The translations under genes and the position numbers were made by a program. From positions 630,001 through 662,000 of the forward strand of contig NZ_CP053627.1 of NCBI RefSeq assembly GCF_013177435.1: 32,000 nt of DNA. The letters run 5' to 3'. Shown piece by piece: positions 18,196 through 27,830 of this stretch. Below the pieces are notes generated by a model. It was not told where the DNA came from. It worked only from the letters and a program-made list of their open reading frames with translations, and did not search any database. This DNA comes from Xylella taiwanensis (GTDB lineage Bacteria; Pseudomonadota; Gammaproteobacteria; Xanthomonadales; Xanthomonadaceae). Positions within the stretch are counted from its first letter, which is position 1. Each line of letters begins with the position of its first letter.

Positions 18196-18828
18196 GTGGA
18201 GGCAGACATGTTGTGGCCACTGTTACTGTGTGTGGTGCGTGCGCTGTTGGGGTTGGGTGTTGTTGGTTGGGCTGGCAGTGGGTGTTATGGGCGCTGGTCA
18301 GGCCGATGCGGGAGCCGTCTGAGCGATCAGCATGACGGCTTGATGCCTGGCGGTATGCCGCTGTCAAGTGGTGTTACCGGGGGATTCTCATGGAGCCGCT
18401 TAGATGGCAGTGTCGTGGTGGCACGATTGGCTGGGGGATGGTTGGTAGTGATGTGCTTTGCTGCGGTAGGCGGATAGTCCGGCATGTTGTGCCGACCCAA
18501 TAAAAGAGATTGCGCAATGTTCGCCAAACGTGCCGGCATGTTGGAGAAGTGGTGCTTAGGAAAAGGGTTTCATAGAAAATCGGTGTTGCAGGCAATTGGC
18601 GTTGTATGTCATGAGAAGTGCCTAGTGCAATGCTGCAACCCGATCGTTGAGACAGTCTGCCTGTCTGGATGCGATAGTCGTGGCAGGTGTGAGGTCGTTT
18701 TTAAGGTCTTTGTAGATCTTATTTGCCTGTGGATCATGGGTTGGGCTGCGCTGATACGGCGAATCAAGGCTAGGGTCAGCTGGTCAGCGGTGGAGGCATG
18801 ACGTTGAAGCAGGGATCGCTCGCGGTCT

Positions 18829-19656
18829 TCAATAGCCTAAGCGTTGTAGGACTTGGGTGCTTGGTTTGGCTAAGTTGAGCGTGTAGAAGTGCAATGCTGG
18901 TGCGCCGCCAGCGATCAGTCGCTCACATAATGCGGTGACGATGTCGGCGCCGAATGCGCGTACCGATTTGGTGTCGTCGCTGTAAGCCTGCATCTTTTTT
19001 GTAATCCAGCGGGGGATCTCGGCGCCGCACTGTTCGGAGAAGCGGCGCAATTGGTCAAAGTTTGAGATTGGCATGACCCCAGCAACAATGGGGATGTTGA
19101 CGCCCAGCCGCTGTACTGCATCGACGAAGTGGAAATAGGCGTCTGGGTTATAAAAATACTGTGTGATGGCTGCATTGGCACCGGCGTCTACTTTGGCTTT
19201 GAAGTATTTAAGGTCGCTCAGTGCGTTGTTGGCTTGCGGATGGGTTTCCGGGTATGCGCCGACCTCCAGGTGGAAGTGATTGCCGTGCTCGCCACGGATG
19301 AAGGCAATCAGGTCGGCTGCGTAGCGGAAGTCGCCTGGGTGGCCCATGCCCGAGGGGAGATCACCACGTAGCGCCACGATGCGTTGGCAGCCAATGGCGC
19401 GGTACAGCTTGAGAAGTTCGCGGATTTCCTGGCGGCTGCCGCCCATACAGGACAGGTGCGGTGCCGCGTCGAAGCCATGGTGTTGACTGAGATGACGCAC
19501 GGTTTCTGAGGTGTAACGGAGTGTGGAACCACCGGCGCCGAAGGTGCAGGAAACGTATTCTGGCGCGAATGCGTGCAGCCGATTTGCGGTCCTGTCCAAC
19601 TGCGAGCGTTGATCGTCGTTTTTGGGTGGATAAAACTCGAAGCTGATGGGAATCAT
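18829..19656 (-). CDS. metF: 5,10-methylenetetrahydrofolate reductase
   Basis: 275-aa ORF starting MIPISFEFYPPKN, with MetF-family blocks (CTFGAGGST, AAPHLSC, IVALRGD, YPE.HP). Confidence 0.95.
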   Translation of the reverse strand: MIPISFEFYPPKNDDQRSQLDRTANRLHAFAPEYVSCTFGAGGSTLRYTSETVRHLSQHHGFDAAPHLSCMGGSRQEIRELLKLYRAIGCQRIVALRGDLPSGMGHPGDFRYAADLIAFIRGEHGNHFHLEVGAYPETHPQANNALSDLKYFKAKVDAGANAAITQYFYNPDAYFHFVDAVQRLGVNIPIVAGVMPISNFDQLRRFSEQCGAEIPRWITKKMQAYSDDTKSVRAFGADIVTALCERLIAGGAPALHFYTLNLAKPSTQVLQRLGY

Positions 19657-19692
19657 GGCAACGTGACCGGCGAGGCTGGGCTATTTTATCTC

Positions 19693-19706
19693 TTCATCCG
19701 GATGAA
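19693..19706. promoter_or_regulatory. Perfect 14-bp palindrome TTCATCCGGATGAA, 36 nt upstream of the metF start codon (candidate operator)
   Basis: Read directly from the sequence. No regulator is assigned. Confidence 0.3.
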
Positions 19707-20785
19707 TGTGAAATGGGGTGTCTGGAGCGATGCCTCTGGAAGTAGGATCCGCGTTGGTGACGCTATGGAGTAGGGGCCGTGTTTGTGCATTTTTTTATGC
19801 ATATCACTCTCTGCATGCGGTGATACGGACGTTTTTTCTGTTACGTCAACGTGTTGGGCGATACACCACAGGATGCTGCTTGGGCGTACAGCACAATGCG
19901 ACATAGGCGCTGCGGTAGATTTTTCTGTGAAACGCTCCGCCATCGTCATGTTTGCTTCAAGGTGTGGACACCATGTGTGTTGCCAACATCACGCCACAGC
20001 GGCGATGAGCCGAGATGTCATGTAGGGTTCCACGCATTGCCGATGGTAGAAGCGTGACAGCAGCAAGCGAGCGTTGATTGGCATGAAGATACGCAAGATC
20101 GCTGGACGATCATGCAATGGTGAAATCCACCTTGTTGAAAATTGCGTGGACAATGCAATACGGCGGGTGGGGACAATGGCTTTGGTCTTGACGGTGGATG
20201 AGTGTCATGACTTGCCTTTAAAAGAGGGGCGGTGGTTTTGGACGTGTGGTCTCTGCGGTGGTTTGCTGTCATTGCTGGCTTGTGTGGCGTACTGCACGTC
20301 TGAATTAACTCGGAATAAGTCCGTCTTGGCGATGCTGGTGAGCGTGCCATCATCCATGCAAGAGGCGGTATTCAGAGGTTTTGCCAGTGATGGTAGATTC
20401 CACGGTCCTGTTTTCCTAAGTGAATACTGAGCACAGCGATGACCCTCAATGTTTTCTGTCCTCATTCGGTGTACTTGATCGGTCTGCGGCGCGCGAGTAG
20501 AGGCGGTATGGTGGCCACGTCAGCATCGTTAACGCTGCTATGTCGACGATGTGTTGTCGATCATCGAGCACGTGTGCTGCAAGGTGGTGGGGAGGGATGG
20601 CAATGACCGATTGAACAGAGAGTATGTGGGGTCGATTCAGCACTTCGCTAAGGTTGCCCACCCAGGTTGAGTACGATGGGTAGTGGGATAGGTGGGGATG
20701 CTCCGAGCAAGACACCGAGAAGCATACTTTGCGTCCGAATCAGAGACATGCTTACGGTGCTTGGTCGAAGAATTCCTGAGCCTTT

Positions 20786-20817
20786 TGCAATGTTTGTGGG
20801 AAATTGCAGTCTTTTTT
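20786..20817 (+). terminator. Weak candidate intrinsic terminator: stem TGCAAT/ATTGCA (20786-20791 and 20803-20808), 11-nt loop, T6 at 20812-20817
   Basis: Read directly from the sequence. The stem is AT-rich with only 6 bp. The T-run is on the + strand, although the adjacent annotated gene is on the - strand. Confidence 0.2.
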
Positions 20818-20822
20818 GTCTT

Positions 20823-21557
20823 CTACTTCCCTAATTCAAAGGTCATATTGAGTGAGACGTTTACACTGTTCTCACCCGGCGAGATCGGGGTATCTATATC
20901 GGCCTTCATGTTCATAGCGCGGGCGACCATCATCCTCACTGGGCGTGTGCCGCCGCTGCGGTTCTCGGAGAGATCAATGACCCGACGTACCTTAAGACCC
21001 AGACGGTCTGCATAGGATTTGGCTTGGGCTTGGGCTTTCTGTAACGCGGAGAAGCGTGCTTCGTCGTAGGCCGACTCAATCTGGTCGATCTCGAAGTTAG
21101 GGCCATTGAGCTGGCTGATGCCGTTAGCTGTCAAAACGTCTATGACCTTACCGAGCTTGGCAAGATCGCGCACCTTGATGTTGATGGTATTGCTGGCTTG
21201 GTAGCCGGTGAGTTTTTGACCAAGCTTTTCTTGATACACATATTGCGGGTAAAGCGAAACGCTGTTGGTTTGTACATCCTTATCGGCGATGCCAGCGGTC
21301 TTAATGCCGGCCATCACACGGCTCATTCGTTCGGCGTTCTGGCCCATTGCGGTGCTGCTGCTGGGGGCTTGGGTGAACACGCTTGCCGATAGAGTGGCGA
21401 TGTCTGGAGTGCGCTTGCTCTCTCCCTCTGTGGAAATGCTCAGCAAGGTGCCGTCGCTGGGCAGGTTGCAGTTGGAAGAGGTGTGAGCATGGGCGCTGAT
21501 GGCCAATCCCGTGAACAGGGACATGGCAATCAGCAGTGGTAGTAATGCAATACGCAT
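20823..21557 (-). CDS. Periplasmic SIMPL/DUF541-family protein (26 kDa periplasmic immunogenic protein-like)
   Basis: Signal peptide MRIALLPLLIAMSLFTGLAISAHA, then SIMPL-like blocks (TLSASV, SVSLYPQY, GYQASNTI, ARFSALQKAQAQAKSYA). GGAG lies upstream of ATG 21557 (complement of 21561-21570 is GAAGGAGAAA). The ORF track starts 9 codons earlier. Confidence 0.85.
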   Translation of the reverse strand: MRIALLPLLIAMSLFTGLAISAHAHTSSNCNLPSDGTLLSISTEGESKRTPDIATLSASVFTQAPSSSTAMGQNAERMSRVMAGIKTAGIADKDVQTNSVSLYPQYVYQEKLGQKLTGYQASNTINIKVRDLAKLGKVIDVLTANGISQLNGPNFEIDQIESAYDEARFSALQKAQAQAKSYADRLGLKVRRVIDLSENRSGGTRPVRMMVARAMNMKADIDTPISPGENSVNVSLNMTFELGK

Positions 21558-21674
21558 CAATTTCTCCTTCGATGGTGAATACACCGTGAGTCAGCGTGGT
21601 GTGTCGCTAATGAATACATCGTGATCTGAGAAGGGTAACGTAGTTTGGTGCGCGCGCGGGTTATTCTTCACCGC

Positions 21675-22244
21675 ATGCTCTATCTTGCCTCCCGCTCGCT
21701 TTGTCGTCAGCAATTACTGCAACGTCTGGACGTTCCTTTCCAAATCCTTGATCTGCACATTCCTGAGGTGCGTGGGCCGGACGAATGTCCCGAGGATTAT
21801 GTGCGCCGGGTAGCACAACAAAAGGCGCAGGCGGGTTTGGCAAGGCTGGGGGATGCGTTGGCGCCGAAGGTGTTGGGTGCGGATACCGAAGTCGTGCTTG
21901 ATGGCCGTGTCTTCGGCAAACCGGCCGATTTTGCTGAAGCAACCGCGATGTTGGTGGCTTTATCCGGGCGTACTCATCAGGTGATGACAGCGGTAGCGCT
22001 GGTGACACCTGGAGGTGTGTCGGCGCAGGTGTTGGTCGTTTCGGAAGTGAGCTTTGCGTCGTTGAGTCAAATACAGATCGTGCGTTACGTGGACAGTGGC
22101 GAGCCGATGGGTAAAGCCGGGGCATACGCCATTCAGGGGCGCGGCGAGTGTTTTGTAAGCCATCTGGTCGGTAGTTATTCTGGGGTGATGGGGTTGCCGC
22201 TGCAGCAAACCGCGCAATTGCTGGCGACGTTTGAGGATATTTAG
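21675..22244 (+). CDS. maf: Maf-like nucleoside triphosphate pyrophosphatase (septum formation protein Maf/YhdE)
   Basis: MLYLASRS... N-terminus, [10 protein letters not shown] and [10 protein letters not shown] motifs. The stop abuts the rng start, as in the E. coli yhdE-rng arrangement. The start is uncertain (GTG 21645 is the alternative). Confidence 0.85.
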   Translation: MLYLASRSLCRQQLLQRLDVPFQILDLHIPEVRGPDECPEDYVRRVAQQKAQAGLARLGDALAPKVLGADTEVVLDGRVFGKPADFAEATAMLVALSGRTHQVMTAVALVTPGGVSAQVLVVSEVSFASLSQIQIVRYVDSGEPMGKAGAYAIQGRGECFVSHLVGSYSGVMGLPLQQTAQLLATFEDI

Positions 22245-23741
22245 ATGTCAGAGGAGATACTGGTTAACGTGACTTCCAGTGAGACTCGTGTGGCAGTCAT
22301 CGAAAATGGCCTGCTGCAGGAACTGCACATCGAGCGCGATGGATGCCGTGGCGTGGTTGGGAATATCTATAAAGGCAGAGTGCAGCGGGTCATGCCCGGG
22401 ATGCAGGCGGCCTTCCTTGATGTGGGACTGGAACGCACCGCGTTTCTGCATGTTAACGATGTGATACGGGCGGCGCCTGCTGCTCCCAGTGTGATTGATA
22501 CCGAGGAAACCACGCTACCACCGCCTTCATCCGTGATACCGATTGTTGAGTTGCTGCGCGATGGACAGGACGTGATCGTGCAGGTGCTGAAGGAGCCGAT
22601 AGGTACGAAGGGTGCGCGTCTGACTACTCACATCAGCATTCCTTCGCGCTATTTAGTATTGCTGCCGCACTCTAAGGTGGTCGGGGTTTCAGTTCGGATC
22701 GAGGACGAAGCCGAGCGTGCACGGTTGAAATCAGTCGTTACTGATCTGGCGGTTCAGTATGGTTGCTACGGTTATATCGTCCGTACCAATGCCGAAGGCC
22801 AGCCGGCCGATGTGCTTGCCGAGGACCTCGCCTATTTGTCGCGAGTCTGGAGTGTGGTGGAGCGACGTGGGCGTGAATTGCCTTCGTGCAGCCTCCTCTA
22901 TGAGGACCTGAGTCTTTCGTTACGTTCGGTACGTGATCTGATCCGTAAAGATGTGGAGAAGATCAAGGTGGACTCGAAGGAAGCTTTCGGCCAGTTGCAG
23001 GGATTCGTGGCGAAATATATGCCGGTGCTTGCAGAGAAACTGGAATTGTATGTTGGCGACCATCCGATCTTCGATCTTTACGGTGTTGAGGAAGAGATCA
23101 GACGTGCTTTGGATAGGCAAATCCCGCTCAAATCCGGAGGCTACCTGGTGATCGAGCAAACCGAGGCGATGACCACGGTGGATGTAAATACTGGTTCGTT
23201 TGTCGGTCAGTGCACGCTTGAAGAAACGGTGTTCCGTACTAATCTGGAGGCGGCGCAGGTGTTGGCGCGTCAACTGCGGCTGCGTAACCTGGGAGGGATT
23301 ATCGTCATCGATTTTATCGACATGGAAGACCTGGAACACCGCCGCCAAGTGTTGCGTGTGTTGGAGAAAGCATTGCTGCGTGACCATGCCAAGACCACAG
23401 TGTACGATTTTTCACCACTGGGTTTGGTTGAGATGACGCGTAAGCGTACGGTCGAGAGCCTGCAGCGGCAGTTGTCTGAAACGTGCCCGGAATGCGGGGG
23501 ACGTGGCACGATAAAAACGGCTGAGACGGTGACCTACGAAATATTCCGTGAGATCACCCGAGCAGTGTCCCAATTCGATGCAGTGCGGTTGTTGGTGATT
23601 GCTGCACCCAAGGTGGTGTCCAGGATGACGGATGAGGAGTCCGCCGCAGTTGCTGAGCTGGAGGGGGGGCTTGGTAAGGCGATTTGCTTTCAGGCTGATC
23701 CACAGTATTTGCAGGAACAGTATGACGTGGTGCTGTTGTGA
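22245..23741 (+). CDS. rng: Ribonuclease G
   Basis: N-terminus MSEEILVNVTSSETRVAVIENGLLQELHIERDGCRGVVGNIYKGRVQRVMPGMQAAFLDVG is almost collinear with the E. coli RNase G S1 domain. The C-terminal CPxCxGxG motif is present (CPECGGRG). Confidence 0.92.
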   Translation: MSEEILVNVTSSETRVAVIENGLLQELHIERDGCRGVVGNIYKGRVQRVMPGMQAAFLDVGLERTAFLHVNDVIRAAPAAPSVIDTEETTLPPPSSVIPIVELLRDGQDVIVQVLKEPIGTKGARLTTHISIPSRYLVLLPHSKVVGVSVRIEDEAERARLKSVVTDLAVQYGCYGYIVRTNAEGQPADVLAEDLAYLSRVWSVVERRGRELPSCSLLYEDLSLSLRSVRDLIRKDVEKIKVDSKEAFGQLQGFVAKYMPVLAEKLELYVGDHPIFDLYGVEEEIRRALDRQIPLKSGGYLVIEQTEAMTTVDVNTGSFVGQCTLEETVFRTNLEAAQVLARQLRLRNLGGIIVIDFIDMEDLEHRRQVLRVLEKALLRDHAKTTVYDFSPLGLVEMTRKRTVESLQRQLSETCPECGGRGTIKTAETVTYEIFREITRAVSQFDAVRLLVIAAPKVVSRMTDEESAAVAELEGGLGKAICFQADPQYLQEQYDVVLL

Positions 23742-23848
23742 ATGACTTGGCGGGATCTGTGGTATGCGCAGTGGATGTATGGCTGTGGGTGTTCATCGCG
23801 TGTGTGGCAAGGTGCTTGCTTCACCGCAGATGGACATGATGGCTTCCC

Positions 23849-26800
23849 ATGCGGCCGATTTTTCCAAGATTACTGTTGTCTAGGATGTCTGCTCTGTTGA
23901 GCTTTCCCCGTGTGTTCCGTTATGCGGCGTACGCTTGCGTTGGTGTATTTGTCGCAGTGGCGCTGGCGGTGGGAATATTCAGCCAGCTCCTGCCACTCGT
24001 CGAACGTCATCCACAGCAAGTGGCAGACTGGCTCAGTGCACGTACCGGTCAACCTGTGCGCTTCGATGCGCTGAGTACATGCTGGACTCAGCGCGGTCCA
24101 TTGCTGCGTTTGCAGGGAGTGCGTATCGGTCCACAGGGGAAGGTGGGGATTGGGGAAGCGGAGGTGCTGGTGGCGATGTATACCGGATTGCTTCCAGGGC
24201 GTTCGCTGATCGAATTGCGTCTGCGTGGGGTGGCGCTGACTGTACATCGCGATGCTGCTGGGCGCTGGTCGGTCTATGGGTTGCCTAGCGACGTCGGCGG
24301 CGATCCGCTGGATGTATTGCGACGGCTTGGTGAGTTACAGGTGATTGGGGGTCGGCTCAGTGTCGATGCCCCATCGTTCGGATTGAGTACGACGTTGTCG
24401 CGGATCAACCTGCGTGTGCGTGTGGTCGGAGAGCGGCTACGCGCTGGTGTTCATGGTTGGTTGGATTCAGTGCGTGCGCCGGTCACAGGGGTGCTCGATT
24501 TCAATCGTGTCAGTGGGGATGGCGCTGCTTATATTGAGGCGCTGCCGACCGAGTTGGCGTCTTGGTCTCCATTGCTTACTGGTGTGATGGGAGGTATCAG
24601 CATCCGTGATGGCGATGGCCATGTGCAAGTCTGGACGCAGTTGCATCGCCACCAGGTCGAGCGGGTGACGGTGCAAGCGCATCTACAACGGATCCGATTC
24701 GAGGGTATGCATCTTGCTGGACAGACAATGGTGCCGAGTGTGTTTTGGCCGCAGCTACAGGCGCTTGCACGCTGGCAACGTCAGGGTGACGGCTGGCGCA
24801 TTGTGGTGCCTCGGTTGCGGATGGGTGAATCGAAACGGCTACAGAGATTGGATGGATTGGTGATCGAGGGTGGTTCGTTTTATACGCTCAGTGCACCAGG
24901 TGTTTTGGATGCTGGAACAGTACTAGCGGTGCTGGCGCTCGGCGATTGGCTTGCGCCGGATCTGCGCACGTGGTTACAGCGTGCACGGCCACAGCTAAGT
25001 GTTGCTGGATTACACGTGCGGAGCCAGGCTGATGGCCGGCTATGGGTGGCTGGCCGCTTTGACCGGCTTGGTTTCCTGCCTGTGGACAATGCGCCTGGTC
25101 TGAGTGGAGTCCGTGGTACGTTGGAGGCCGATGCACAGGGGGGAGTGTTGACTCCGGATCCGTCTGCGTCCGTGCGTCTTGATTGGCCTTCCGGGTTTGG
25201 AGGCAGCCATGAAATCCACTTGACTGGGCGGATTGTCGGTTGGCGTCAAGGTGATGGTTGGAAAGTTGCAACGCCAGCGTTGCGAGTGCAGGCGGCCGAT
25301 TACGGGGCAGATGTGCGTGGTGGGTTGTGGTTCGAAGGCCATGGCACCTTGCCGCGTATCTCAATGGCCATGCAGCTGGACGATGTCGCGGTGCCGGTGG
25401 CCAAGCGCTTCTGGGTTCGTTCCAAGATGAGCCATGAGCTGATTGGTTGGCTTAATAGTGCTCTGGTGGATGGCTTGGCCAGTGGTGGCTTTGCCATCAT
25501 TGAGGGCGAATTGCAGGACTGGCCGTTTAAGAACCACAACGGTTATTTTGAGGCGGCTGGCCGTATTCATAATGGGGTGATGCGATTTCAGCGTGAGTGG
25601 CCCGCATTGGAAAAGCTCGATGCTGACGTCGCCTTTACCAGTACTGGTTTCTCGCTGCATGGAAGAAGCGAACTTGCTGGTGTGCCGGCCATCCAGTGCG
25701 AGGCAGGTATTGAGGATTTTGAGAGGGGCGATCTCTATGTACGCGCCCGCGTCCAGAGCGATGCCACCCAGCTGCTGGGGCTGTTGCGGCGCAGTCCGTT
25801 GCATCGACACTATGCTGATACTTTGGACAATGTCAGTGCCGCCGGCCCAGCGAATGTCAGTTTCGATATGCAGCTACCTTTGCGCCATAAGGAAAATGCC
25901 GACTATGGCCATTTGGGCGGTGAGGTGATGCTGGGCAATGTGCGTTTTACCGAACGGCGTTGGAACCTCACTTTTGAGAATGTGCGTGGCCCGGTGCGCT
26001 ACAGCAGCAGTGGTTTCAGCACTGAGGGCTTGCATGTCCTGCATCAGGGATTGGAGGGGCGCTTAAGTTTGCGTGCGGGCGATGCGGTCGATGATCCAGC
26101 ACAGGTATTCCAGGCGCGGCTGTCGGCAGCGGTCAACGTCAAGTCTCTGCTGCATCATGCCCCGCAGATGGATTGGTTGCGGCCTTATGTATATGGCACT
26201 TCGCAGTGGCGGATCGGTCTAGATCTGGCCAAGAGTGTGGCTGAGGCACACAAGGTTGCTGGTCACTTAACGCTGGATTCGGACCTGGTTGGTACTGGGT
26301 TCAACTTGCCGGCACCGTTGGACAAAGGGAGCGGCAGACTGTTGCCTACTCATGTTGATGTTGCTTTACCAATGGAGCAGGGCGATATTGCTTTGACATT
26401 GGATAAATTGGCTGCGGCGCGCGTGCGCAATCGTGGGAGTGGCATCGGTGTGCGTGTGGTCATGGGAGGTGACAGTGTGCGCGAAGCACCGCCCGAGCAT
26501 GGCTTGGTTCTCATTGGACGTAGCGCTTCGCTGGATGCGATCGACTGGATCCGATTAGTGCGTGGTGGGTCTGCGGCTTCCTCTGATTTGCCGTTGCGAC
26601 TGATTGACCTGCAGATCGATCGTCTGTTGCTATTGGGTGGGGTATTTCCGAATACTCGATTGCAGCTGCGTCCTGTGCATCAGGCAGTAGCGGTGACGGT
26701 GAATGGGTCGGCACTGTCTGGTCAACTGAACATTCCCGAGTCAAATGACGGTACTGTCACTGGCACTTTAGGTGTACTGCACTGGCAGGCTGCGCAGGCT

Positions 26801-27697
26801 CCGTGGATGAAGGGACCTGGAGCGGTGCAGCGTCCGATGGCTGATGTCGATCCAGCTTCGATCCCATCCTTGGCGTTCGAGGTGGACGATGTGAAGTTCG
26901 GCCAGACCAAGTTCGGGCGTATGGAGCTACGTACCCGGCGTCTGCCTGAGGCGATGCAGTTAGATCAATTGCAGATGAATTCCCCGAATCAGCGGCTATC
27001 GATGGTCGGCACTTGGCGGGGCAAGGGGGAGGCCGCTAGCACCCGGCTGTCGCTGCGGGTAGACAGCCGTGATCTTGGAGAGTTGGCACAAACGATCGGT
27101 TACGGAGCGCAATTGCGTGGTGGTGAGGGGGGTATTGAGCTTAATGCTGGTTGGAATGGATCACCGATTGGCTTCCACTTGCCTTCACTGAGCGGTGATT
27201 TGAAAGTGGCTGCGCGTAATGGTCAGTTACTGGAGCTCAAGCCTGGGGCTGGTCGGGTCCTTGGATTACTCAGCGTGACTCAGCTGCCACGGCGGCTGAT
27301 GCTCGACTTCCGCGATTTCTTTTCTAAGGGGCTGGCGTTTAATCGGCTCGACGGTGAAGTGCACTTTGGCGATGGGCAGGCGCGCACAGATGGACTCAAG
27401 ATCGAGGGCCCAGCAGTGAATATTGCGATCCGTGGTCAGGCCGATTTGGCTGCGCAGACGTTCGATCAGATCGTGGATGTGAATCCCAAAAGTGGCAACC
27501 TGTTAACCGTGGTCGGTGCGGTGGCTGGAGGTCCGGTTGGCGCGGCGGTTGGTGCGGCAGCCAACATGGTACTTAGCAAGCCATTAGGTGCGATCGGTGC
27601 CAAGACCTACCATGTGAGCGGGCCGTGGAATGATCCAAAAGTCGAGGTGCTCAACCGGGAGTCGCGTCAGCATGACAAGCCGTCTGTTAGTAAGTAG
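23849..27697 (+). CDS. yhdP: YhdP-family large envelope protein (AsmA-like, N-terminal membrane anchor)
   Basis: 1282-aa ORF with one N-terminal hydrophobic helix. Its position between rng and tldD matches E. coli yhdP. The C-terminal region has an AsmA-like end (LDGEVHFGDGQARTD...GPWNDPKV). ATG 23885 is an alternative start. Confidence 0.8.
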   Translation: MRPIFPRLLLSRMSALLSFPRVFRYAAYACVGVFVAVALAVGIFSQLLPLVERHPQQVADWLSARTGQPVRFDALSTCWTQRGPLLRLQGVRIGPQGKVGIGEAEVLVAMYTGLLPGRSLIELRLRGVALTVHRDAAGRWSVYGLPSDVGGDPLDVLRRLGELQVIGGRLSVDAPSFGLSTTLSRINLRVRVVGERLRAGVHGWLDSVRAPVTGVLDFNRVSGDGAAYIEALPTELASWSPLLTGVMGGISIRDGDGHVQVWTQLHRHQVERVTVQAHLQRIRFEGMHLAGQTMVPSVFWPQLQALARWQRQGDGWRIVVPRLRMGESKRLQRLDGLVIEGGSFYTLSAPGVLDAGTVLAVLALGDWLAPDLRTWLQRARPQLSVAGLHVRSQADGRLWVAGRFDRLGFLPVDNAPGLSGVRGTLEADAQGGVLTPDPSASVRLDWPSGFGGSHEIHLTGRIVGWRQGDGWKVATPALRVQAADYGADVRGGLWFEGHGTLPRISMAMQLDDVAVPVAKRFWVRSKMSHELIGWLNSALVDGLASGGFAIIEGELQDWPFKNHNGYFEAAGRIHNGVMRFQREWPALEKLDADVAFTSTGFSLHGRSELAGVPAIQCEAGIEDFERGDLYVRARVQSDATQLLGLLRRSPLHRHYADTLDNVSAAGPANVSFDMQLPLRHKENADYGHLGGEVMLGNVRFTERRWNLTFENVRGPVRYSSSGFSTEGLHVLHQGLEGRLSLRAGDAVDDPAQVFQARLSAAVNVKSLLHHAPQMDWLRPYVYGTSQWRIGLDLAKSVAEAHKVAGHLTLDSDLVGTGFNLPAPLDKGSGRLLPTHVDVALPMEQGDIALTLDKLAAARVRNRGSGIGVRVVMGGDSVREAPPEHGLVLIGRSASLDAIDWIRLVRGGSAASSDLPLRLIDLQIDRLLLLGGVFPNTRLQLRPVHQAVAVTVNGSALSGQLNIPESNDGTVTGTLGVLHWQAAQAPWMKGPGAVQRPMADVDPASIPSLAFEVDDVKFGQTKFGRMELRTRRLPEAMQLDQLQMNSPNQRLSMVGTWRGKGEAASTRLSLRVDSRDLGELAQTIGYGAQLRGGEGGIELNAGWNGSPIGFHLPSLSGDLKVAARNGQLLELKPGAGRVLGLLSVTQLPRRLMLDFRDFFSKGLAFNRLDGEVHFGDGQARTDGLKIEGPAVNIAIRGQADLAAQTFDQIVDVNPKSGNLLTVVGAVAGGPVGAAVGAAANMVLSKPLGAIGAKTYHVSGPWNDPKVEVLNRESRQHDKPSVSK

Positions 27698-27830
27698 GAG
27701 AATACCGGTGGTGCTGGTTGGCAGATGTATTCTGATGATGAGGCGGGTATTTGCCGCGTTCATCTGACTCAATCGTGCTGATGCAACGCGAGTGCTTGCG
27801 TGTTTCTTGATCCGCCCCCATCCTTGGCTC

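Noticed and set aside
19657-19800. Possible SAH riboswitch in the metF leader (the minus strand contains GAGGCATCGCTCC and CAGCCTCG)
   Set aside because: The conserved SAH-riboswitch cores as I recall them (GAGGAGCGCUGC, CAGGCUC, ACGGCGCUC pseudoknot partner) are not present. There is no GGCGCTC-type segment, so the resemblance is only a few nucleotides.
20692-21015. 107-aa + strand ORF overlapping the 3' end of the SIMPL gene
   Set aside because: It lies antisense to a well-supported gene, starts in non-coding DNA and has no recognisable motif or RBS.
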